This document shows, one piece after another, positions 56,377-64,000 of a stretch of DNA of 64,000 nt; the first letter of the stretch is position 1; the number at the start of each line of letters is the position of its first letter. A model generated the notes under the pieces. It had not been told where the DNA came from and searched no databases. It saw only the letters and a program-made list of their open reading frames with translations. A program made the translations under genes and the position numbers. Source of the DNA: Naegleria gruberi. Taxonomy: Eukaryota. The DNA lies in the NCBI GenBank assembly GCA_000004985.1, contig GG738878.1. One strand, written 5' to 3'.

Positions 56377-57678
56377 ATGAAAACATCTCTCTTGGTTTTA
56401 TGCACCTTGATGGTACTCTGTGTATCCATTATGGCTGTGTCTGGCTCCTTCTTGGAACAAATTGTGGAAATGTCACTTTCTGATTCTAGAAGTTTCAAGT
56501 CGGGTGGTGGTAGCTCTGGAGGAGGTAGCAAATCTGGAAGCAGTAGCAGCAGCTCTGGAAAGTCATCCAGTAAGTCATCCTCATCCTCCAGTAAGAGTAC
56601 TAGCTCTAGTAAAACCTCCACTTCAAAGAGTTATAGCAAGTCAACTGTCTCATCAAAGATGGCCTCAGCTTATTCTCAATATGCTAACAGTAGAATTGCT
56701 GGTATGAAGAATCCAGCCAGCACCATGGCTGGTCTCAAAGCTGCCAATTTGAATGCTCGTTTAAGTGCTCAACCAACTGCTACTGTCAATGGTAAATTGA
56801 CTGCTGCTGGTATCAAGGCCTCTTATCAAAATCGATTGAATACAAGAGTTGCTGCTGCCTATCAACAATATGCTCAATCCAGAATGGCTGCTGCCAAACC
56901 AACTGCTAAGCCAACCAATATTGCTGCAGCTTATCAACAATACGCCCAATCTAGAATTGCTGGTATGAAGAATCCTGCTAGCACTTTGTCTAAACCAACT
57001 GCCAAACCTGCCAATATTGCTGCTGCCTATCAACAATATGCTCAGTCCAGAATTGCTGGTTTGAAGAATCCTGCCAGTACTCTCCCAGGTAGTTTCAAGA
57101 TTGATAAGGGTTTGCTTACTGTTAATGAAGGTAAACCTGCCACTACTGGTTACGTTCCACAATCCAAGGCAGGTACTGTCATTGGTAAATCAGGTGTTAC
57201 TGTTGGTACTGGATTCGATGTTGGTCAACAAAATGTTAAGGGTTTGAAAGCTCTTGGACTTTCACCAAGTTTAGTCGACAAGCTTTCTCCATACACTGGA
57301 TTGAAGCAACAAGCAGCTAAGGACTTTTTGGCTAAGAATCCATTGTCCCTATCGCCTGCTGAAGTTGCATCCATTGATAAGGCAGTTATGGACAAGTTTT
57401 CTGCCAATTTGGCCAAAGATTATGCAGCTGCTGCTGCCAAGAATCCAACTGCTGTCAAGAATTTCAAGGATTTGCCAGCTCCTGTCCAATCAGTTGCTTA
57501 CAGTGTCTACCATCAATATGGAAGCTTCTCCAAGACTCCAAGCTTCATGAACAAGTTGGCCACCAATGATTACAATGGAATGGTTCATGAATTGAGAAAC
57601 TTTGGTGATTCTTACTCAACAAGAAGAAATCGTGAAGCTGATCATTTGGAAAGTGGTTTGAAGGCTGCTTCAGGATAA
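56377..57678 (+). CDS. Secreted protein: signal peptide + Gly/Ser-rich linker + AAYQQYAQSRIAGMKNPAST repeats + C-terminal GH24 phage-type lysozyme-like domain; paralog of 45787..47121
   Basis: MKTSLLVLCTLMVLCVSIMAVSG signal; C-terminal ~200 aa about 80% identical to the paralog (…STRRNREADHLESGLKAASG). Confidence 0.6.
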   Translation: MKTSLLVLCTLMVLCVSIMAVSGSFLEQIVEMSLSDSRSFKSGGGSSGGGSKSGSSSSSSGKSSSKSSSSSSKSTSSSKTSTSKSYSKSTVSSKMASAYSQYANSRIAGMKNPASTMAGLKAANLNARLSAQPTATVNGKLTAAGIKASYQNRLNTRVAAAYQQYAQSRMAAAKPTAKPTNIAAAYQQYAQSRIAGMKNPASTLSKPTAKPANIAAAYQQYAQSRIAGLKNPASTLPGSFKIDKGLLTVNEGKPATTGYVPQSKAGTVIGKSGVTVGTGFDVGQQNVKGLKALGLSPSLVDKLSPYTGLKQQAAKDFLAKNPLSLSPAEVASIDKAVMDKFSANLAKDYAAAAAKNPTAVKNFKDLPAPVQSVAYSVYHQYGSFSKTPSFMNKLATNDYNGMVHELRNFGDSYSTRRNREADHLESGLKAASG

Positions 57679-57774
57679 ATAAATTCTAATGTTGTTGCCA
57701 TCTCTGAACATACTGGAATATTGTCTCAAGTTTTGAATGCCTAGATTATATATTTGAGAATTATCTTGGAATAG

Positions 57775-59602
57775 TTAAAATCTCTTCCTCCTAATCAATT
57801 CAACCACCTCACTCATAAATTCCCTATCCTTGATGAGTTCTGGAGAAATAGATGTTAGAGAGCTGATTCCATGTATATTGAACAAATTCTCATCATGTTC
57901 CAACGCTGTGAGAACCACTTCCTTGTCCCTCTTAATTCTCTCATCGAACAATTGCAACAATGGGCCACTAATGGCTACAACTTGCAATGCAAATGATTTG
58001 TTGTGAAATAGTCCAGGTTGGAATAGCTTGAGTTTGAAAAGAGAGAAGGGATTTGACTTGCAAGCTTCGATAATCATATCAAAATCATCCTTGAATTTGG
58101 TCTTGTGAAGAAGATAGCCATTCTTTCTGATAGCTTCCAAGACGAAATCTCTGTTACCTGTTAGATCTGGGTGCAGGTAGCAATTTTCAGAATCTTTGGA
58201 TCCAATCGAATCAAGTACGAATTCCTTATTGAGTTGGAATGATTCGTGTGCGTATTCAAGTGCAGAGCTGTTCTGTTTCACTGCTGTTCGAATAATTTCC
58301 TCGTCCATCTTTAAATCATCACTAGCAAATTGTAAATCAGAACCTCTTCTTGCAACAGCTGTTAATACAATCTCTCTATCGCAGCGAAACCCTTCTGGTG
58401 TTACTGAGAGTGACATTCCATTCCTAACAAGGTTCATCACAACATTCCTATTCTTCATTAAAGAATCATTTATACCCTTCAAAGAGGTAATTTTGAAATT
58501 ATCTAAACAATGGTTAATAAACTCCTCGTCCTGTTTTAAATCTTTTGAAATGAAAGGAAATGCTTCCAAACTATTATTCATGGCTTCCAAAGCTATGACC
58601 TTATCTGATTTTAGAGATTGAGAAGCAAACTTTAACGATCCACCATTAGACTTAACTGCCTCTAAAACAATCTCCCTATCACTCCTTAACAGATCACTTG
58701 CATGATTCAAGTCATTTCCACAAGCTCTGACACATTTCAATACCAAATCTCTGTCCTCTCTGGCATCATCATTAAAGTAATCCAAACATCCACTTAATTC
58801 TACTCCAATACATGCTTCCATCACTTCCCTATCAGAGAAAACCTCAAATGGTAATTGATTAAGAGCAATCTTTGTTCCTTTCAAGGCTTCCAAAATCACA
58901 AATTTATCATTTTGCAAATCATCATCCAGCATTATGTAATTTCTAAAGTTATTCCTCACAGCTGTCAATATTAATTCTCTATCACTAACCAACAATTCAT
59001 CACTGATATACTCTGTAATAGAATGGCCAGTTTGAGCTGCAACCATCAACAATTCCCTATCATTGGAAATTAATTCGGAATAATCTTGCTCTTCTTCATC
59101 AGTGCGATGAGAGGATGGCAACGATTCCAAATAATTAAGCAATATATTAATACTCAAACCTCGCCTAATAGCTTGCAAGAATAATTCTCTACTACTTGGT
59201 GTTGTATTCATCAAATAATCTTCATACAAGACACTTAATTTAGAGAGAAACTTTTCCGATTTGAAACACAATACATCATCATTACCTTCATCACTTGTCT
59301 GCATTGTAGAATAATAGCTTGCACCAAAAATCAAAGGATTCCTTGATAAATTCATCATCCAAATAATCAAAGCAATCTAAATTGATGGTGGTAATGGCTT
59401 GAATAATCTTCTCTCGATCGGAAATGAATTTTACAAGTGATGGATATGAAGAAAGAGTTTTTAAGAGTTTGTTTTCGAGAATTTCAGTTTGATATTTGAA
59501 TTGCAGTAAATCTGAGGTTGATGATTGGAAATGATCGAGTAAAATTACGACTAGATGTTCCTTCATTTTTTTTGTCTTTTCAATATATTGATTTAGATGC
59601 AT
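57775..59602 (-). CDS. DUF4116-repeat protein (two ORFs, 59291..59602 and 57775..59370, overlapping in different frames)
   Basis: ~10 tandem ~38-aa repeats of the REIVLxAVxxNGxxLxFASxxLKxDxE form. Confidence 0.55.
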
Positions 59603-59697
59603 CTGTTACTCATCCGTAAGGTTTAAGTTGTTTCCTTAATAAATAAACATTGTTATTACATACTATATCATTGCATATTTCACAAATTTGATGTGAG

Positions 59698-59770
59698 CGC
59701 CGTTAGATCAGTTGGTTAGATCGTCAGCTTTACACGCTGAAGGTCAAGGGTTCGACTCCCTTACGGCGTA
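59698..59770 (+). tRNA. tRNA-Val (anticodon TAC)
   Basis: GCGCCGT-TA-GATC-AGTTGGTTA-GATC-G-TCAGC-TTTACAC-GCTGA-AGGTC-AAGGGTTCGACTCCCTT-ACGGCGT-A; G1:U72 wobble. Confidence 0.8.
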
Positions 59771-59906
59771 TCTTTTTTAGGCCATCTTTTCCTTACTCCC
59801 TAAATCTTGCAAATTTTCTCTAAACTCTTATAAATTGTGTCAAATGATACCAATAATTTTTGTAAAGTTTACAATAAAATCTGTTTTAAAAAATAGCCCA
59901 AATTGA

Positions 59907-61226
59907 ATGAAGGAAATTATTCCCCTCTGTTTTGGACAATGTGGTATCAATATTGGCTCTGATTTTATTCAACAAATCTACAGGGAACATTTTTTCCCTT
60001 CCAAATCTTCATCCTCATCAATTCATGATCGGAATGCTAATTATAATGAAAATGATGAATTGATGATGAATACAATGAGAGGAGAAGCCTCTATTTACTT
60101 TTCCGAATCATCCAATAGTACATTCACCTCTCGGGGTCTTTTAATTGATTTACAAAGCCAATTTAAATATCAATCTAAATTGTTGAATAATGATGAAATA
60201 CAAAATACAATTGATTTGAATAATAATGTAATATTTCCAAGACAGAATGGTGTGTATTGCTCTCCAGATTGGCCAGGTGGTAAATATGAATCCGGAGCTG
60301 ATTTATTTACCAATGATGTGATGGATCGAGTGAGGAAATTATTGGAGGATTGTGATTCGTTTCATGGATTTCAGTTTTTTCATGGGATGGTTGGATCTTC
60401 GAGTGGTTTCTACTCGAGAATTTGTGCACATTTGAGAGAGGAGTATCCTGATAAGATGTTTTGGTCATGTAGTGTATTTCATGATTCCAAGAGTGAGGAT
60501 AAAGCAGTGTGGATGTATGATTCCATATTGACCTTTCAGTACATGATGGAGCTCAATGATATGATTACCTGTGTGAGGAATAGTGAGCTAATTGATAAAT
60601 GTGTACAGAATGGAAAGGATTATCCAACTTATAGAGATTATAATAATGTGATTAGAAGCTTCTTTCCAAACATTACATCAGTTTTTAGGTATCCTTCTCA
60701 ACAAGGATGTGATTTGAGGAAAATGTGTCTCAATCTTGCACCTACCAGACACTGCTTGATTGAAGTTAGTGAAACTACTGCTTTACAAAATGAGACAACA
60801 CCTATTTATGAAACAATTTATAATTTGAATAGTCAATTGATTCAACAAAAGAGTTCAGAGAAGATCCTTTCTGCCATTTCAATATTGAGAGCTAGTGGAA
60901 CATTGGGCTTGGAAGCAGAAAGAAACCTTCGGAAATCAGTCAAAGATCATTCACAATCAGAATTTCCATTCAAACCCCTTGTTGTGAATCAACAATCAAG
61001 CGATAACACGATCAGCAATACATTGCTTACCAACTCTTCATCAATTACCACGGCTCTGGAAAATATTTATGAAGTAACAGAAAGATTTTTCAGAAGGAAA
61101 ACTTTCATTTATGGATACACAAGAGGAGGATTAGAGGAAATGGAAATTACTGAATCTCAGTATTATCTTCGAGAGGCTATTGATACTTATACAGAGAGCG
61201 AACCTAAAGAAGATGAACTTGCTTAA
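59907..61226 (+). CDS. Divergent tubulin-superfamily protein (cryptic tubulin-like)
   Basis: MKEIIPLCFGQCGINIGSDFIQQ parallels tubulin MREI(V/I)x(I/L)QxGQCGNQIG; degenerate T4 (HGMVGSSSGFYSRI) and T5 (EYPDKMFWSCSVF) loops; 439 aa. Confidence 0.5.
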   Translation: MKEIIPLCFGQCGINIGSDFIQQIYREHFFPSKSSSSSIHDRNANYNENDELMMNTMRGEASIYFSESSNSTFTSRGLLIDLQSQFKYQSKLLNNDEIQNTIDLNNNVIFPRQNGVYCSPDWPGGKYESGADLFTNDVMDRVRKLLEDCDSFHGFQFFHGMVGSSSGFYSRICAHLREEYPDKMFWSCSVFHDSKSEDKAVWMYDSILTFQYMMELNDMITCVRNSELIDKCVQNGKDYPTYRDYNNVIRSFFPNITSVFRYPSQQGCDLRKMCLNLAPTRHCLIEVSETTALQNETTPIYETIYNLNSQLIQQKSSEKILSAISILRASGTLGLEAERNLRKSVKDHSQSEFPFKPLVVNQQSSDNTISNTLLTNSSSITTALENIYEVTERFFRRKTFIYGYTRGGLEEMEITESQYYLREAIDTYTESEPKEDELA

Positions 61227-61587
61227 CCAGTTTGCTACTAATTAATTGGTCAACGTTTATTGTCTCCTTCGAGTGTCTTTATTTCTAAAAGTAATGAAAT
61301 TTAAGACAACGATGGGAGAGGAACAGTATTGCCATAGAAATATTCTCAGTTCAATACATATTAGAAAGTGGATCAATTAGTGACCTCAATGACGCCGTTT
61401 TCACACTTGATGAATCACCAGAGGATGTGGAATTATCTACATTTGGAATGGTTTTCACACCTTTACAATACGTTGTTACTTGACTTACACTTATCATACA
61501 AAAATATAGCCACCTTCGTTGCATTTCCACATCATGACAGTTCAATAAAACAATAGTACTCAATCAGTGAGTGGTAAAATAAAAACT

Positions 61588-62400
61588 TTACTTTCCTAAA
61601 GCAAGAGCCAAGAATCCAGTTTCCTCTGCCAAACAAATTTCATATCCATCACAATCAGAAATAATCACCACTTCAACATCGGCCTTTCCAGGTGTTGGTA
61701 AAACAATTGGTTCCTTAACAATGGAAATTCCAGTCGAAACAAAAACTTCCTCTTCCTTTGCTTTCAATACTTTTTGATGCATTTCCTTAATATCGACCTT
61801 TGATGAAATTGCCAATCGACCAAAAGCTTCTCCATGAATCAATTCCTCACTCTCACTCAATTGAACAAATTCAATTTTGGCTTGATCTTGAGCAAAACCT
61901 AATAGGGCTCTATTTTCTCCTCTCTTGAAAACTTGCATTCCCAAAACTTGAGTATAGAATTGAATTTGTTTTTCCAAATTCTTGGTATGAAGTGAAATGT
62001 ATTGAACTTGATCATGTTCGAAAGAGTTTCTCTCACTTTCTTCCAAGTCTCTTTCTCTATTCACAAGCACATAGGTATATCCATTCGGATCAACAATAGT
62101 TTGCTTACTCTCAGCTGCCTTATCATGATGAATAACAATTTCTCTAAAATCATTACCCAACTTGTAACTCTTAATTCCATGATTTGCTGTCAATTCCAAA
62201 ACAAAGTGAAGATCTTCAGGTCCATATCCAATCATTGTCTTGGTCCAACTCAAATTATATCGACCATTACAAGCTGCTTCACATCCTGCATCAAATGATT
62301 CATGTCTCTGTTCAACCATGTTCAATTCCTTCTCATAGAATTGTTTAGACTTGGAATAGTTACCAATTTTGTGTACCCAATGAAGCATTCGGAATGACAT
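61588..62400 (-). CDS. GLOD4: Glyoxalase-domain-containing protein 4 (GLOD4)-like two-domain VOC protein
   Basis: FDAGCEAACNG, WTKTMIGYGPEDLHF, YKLGNDF, RALLGFAQDQ, AFGRLAIS and TPGKADVEVVIISDCDGYEIC all parallel GLOD4. Confidence 0.75.
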   Translation of the reverse strand: MSFRMLHWVHKIGNYSKSKQFYEKELNMVEQRHESFDAGCEAACNGRYNLSWTKTMIGYGPEDLHFVLELTANHGIKSYKLGNDFREIVIHHDKAAESKQTIVDPNGYTYVLVNRERDLEESERNSFEHDQVQYISLHTKNLEKQIQFYTQVLGMQVFKRGENRALLGFAQDQAKIEFVQLSESEELIHGEAFGRLAISSKVDIKEMHQKVLKAKEEEVFVSTGISIVKEPIVLPTPGKADVEVVIISDCDGYEICLAEETGFLALALGK

Positions 62401-63428
62401 GATGATGATGATTAATTATTGATTATTATTAATATATTTGTTATCTTGTTATTAAATCTTTGATGATAATAAATTAATTTCTTCTCTCTTTAATTAAAAT
62501 TATTAATAATAATAAATATTAATTGATGATGATGATCAATAAGAAGAAGAATTTGATTTTTTTTCTGTTGTTTGGTTTGAAGGAGATGATAATCAACTAG
62601 ATGATTTATTGTTTTTTCAAATGGATTGGAATTACGGAGTTGAAGAGGAGAAACTATTGGTTGGAATTTCAGACAAGTAACTCCTGAAGATTGTGAATGG
62701 TTCAACCTTCATCAGGAGTAATAAGACTGAGGAGGAATGTTATTATGAATTTATTGTGTTGTGAACAAGTTCAAAGATTACATGAATTTGTTTGAATTGT
62801 ACTTGTATGATCTTATTTAGAGGGTTTATGTTGGTTGGTATCAACCTTCCACTTGTATTTTCTCCTTCTTCTGAAGATATTCTATGAATTATCTTCCTCA
62901 CACTTGTTAGATTCCTCAATAGCTTCCTCTGTTGATAATGTTCTTTGCCTTCTCAAATTATTGATGATGTTATGTTCAAGTACTTCTTTGCCTACCTTCT
63001 CAAAAGGTACCAATTTTACTTTTAATTATCGAGTTGTTGATGCTTGGAAGTGAAGACGCATCTTCCAACAATATTCTTCATAAGCAACTAATAGATGATG
63101 TGTACACGAAGTGAGAGTTGCTTTTCGATTTGTCTTCAGGCAATTAAATCCCCAAGATGATTTCCCTTCTGATGATGAATGGTTGTACACACTATAGTTG
63201 TTAGGCTTGCGTTCCGAATGTTATTGTATTCTTCATCCAATTAAAAGCCTTCCAATCCATCTGATAAACATCTTAACGATAACTTCAACAATTTTTATGT
63301 ATTATTGTTCTTCTCTTTTCAAAGCCTTTTTGCCTTCTCTTCATCAAATTGGCTTGAAAAAATTTTCATTGTAAAAAGCGTGGATGAGCAAACAACTTTA
63401 AAAATTGTTCGAAAAAAAAAGTCAAAAA

Positions 63429-64000
63429 ATGGGCGCCTATAAGTACTTGAATGCCTTGTATAAGAAGAAGCAATCTGATGCTTTGAGATATTTGTTGAGA
63501 GTCCGTGCTTGGGAATTAAGACAATTGCCAGGTATCCACAGAGTTAACCACCCAACCAGACCAGACAAGGCTCACGCTCTTGGTTTCAAATCCAAGCAAG
63601 GTTACGTCATCTACAGAGTCAGAATTCGTAGAGGTGGTCGTAAAAAGCAAGTCCCAGGTGGTAGAGTCAATGGTAAGCCAGCTACTCAAGGTATCCACTT
63701 GAAGCCAAAGAGAAACTTGCAAGTTGTTGCTGAAGGCAGAGTTGGTAAGAGAATTGGTGGTTTGAGAATTTTGAACTCATACTGGGTTAACCAAGACGGT
63801 AGATACAAGTGGTTCGAAGTCATCTGTGTTGATCCATCTGCTGAATCAATCAGAGTTGATCCACAAGTTAACTGGATCGCTTCTCCAAAGCATAAGCACA
63901 GAGAAATGAGAGGTTTGACTTCCTCTGGTAAGAGACACAGAGGTCTCAGAACTAAGGGGTGTACCTCATCCAAGGTTAGACCATCCAGAAGAGGCGGTTG
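63429..64000 (+). CDS. RPL15: 60S ribosomal protein L15e, 5' partial (continues past window end)
   Basis: [73 protein letters not shown]... Confidence 0.9.
   Translation, partial: MGAYKYLNALYKKKQSDALRYLLRVRAWELRQLPGIHRVNHPTRPDKAHALGFKSKQGYVIYRVRIRRGGRKKQVPGGRVNGKPATQGIHLKPKRNLQVVAEGRVGKRIGGLRILNSYWVNQDGRYKWFEVICVDPSAESIRVDPQVNWIASPKHKHREMRGLTSSGKRHRGLRTKGCTSSKVRPSRRGG

Noticed and set aside
56367-56707. ORFs 56367..56621 (-) and 56420..56707 (+) rich in L/E/D or P
   Set aside because: Alternative frames of the Ser/Gly-rich linker of the lysozyme-like paralog 2.
1-64000. Search for prokaryotic-type features (CRISPR arrays, operons, Shine-Dalgarno sites, IS elements, rRNA genes)
   Set aside because: None seen; spliceosomal introns, eukaryotic ribosomal proteins, tRNA intron and monocistronic genes with A-rich Kozak contexts show this is eukaryotic nuclear DNA. 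No transposon-like ORFs (RT, integrase or transposase motifs) were recognised.

Overview
This window is nuclear DNA from an AT-rich, gene-dense, intron-containing microbial eukaryote; it is not prokaryotic and has no CRISPR arrays or operons. The evidence for this is: (i) spliceosomal introns of about 43-180 nt with GTATGT, GTAAGT or GTAGGT 5' sites, CTAAT-like branch motifs and TAG/CAG/AAG 3' sites; (ii) an intron-containing tRNA; (iii) A-rich Kozak contexts such as AAAAAAAATGTCT; (iv) yeast-like translational codon bias (AGA, TTG, GGT, CCA, GCT) in the ribosomal protein genes. I read this as a fungus-like signature, possibly an early-diverging fungus or a protist, but I cannot name the taxon from sequence alone. 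About 40 protein-coding genes sit on both strands, separated by short intergenic spacers, and the six-frame track uses alternative start codons (TTG and others), so several ORF 'M' starts are not true starts. Recognisable genes include RPL4, RPL15 (partial, 3' end of window), tubulin-folding cofactor D divergently paired with prefoldin subunit 3, MGM101, an ENTH/epsin-like protein, Ykt6, a GLOD4-like glyoxalase-domain protein, an M19 membrane dipeptidase, an AGPAT-like acyltransferase, a class-I/II aminotransferase, a 2OG-Fe(II) oxygenase, a sphingomyelin-synthase-like protein, several protein kinases, a cluster of F-box/LRR-type proteins, a BTB-TLDc protein, a DUF4116-repeat protein, a divergent tubulin-superfamily protein, and three tRNAs (Leu with an intron, Ile, Val). 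The most notable locus is a pair of inverted paralogous genes (45787..47121 minus and 56377..57678 plus) encoding signal-peptide proteins with Gly/Ser-rich linkers and a C-terminal domain that I read as a phage T4/P22-type (GH24) lysozyme fold. They flank a ~9 kb block that contains two head-to-head half-size ABCA-type ABC transporters. Several gene models (6058, 19518..19551, 31607, 32118, ~52723, 59291..59370) show one-nucleotide frame changes exactly at ORF junctions, which may be unrecognised tiny introns, assembly indels or pseudogenisation. Exon boundaries were worked out by eye and carry an uncertainty of a few nucleotides.
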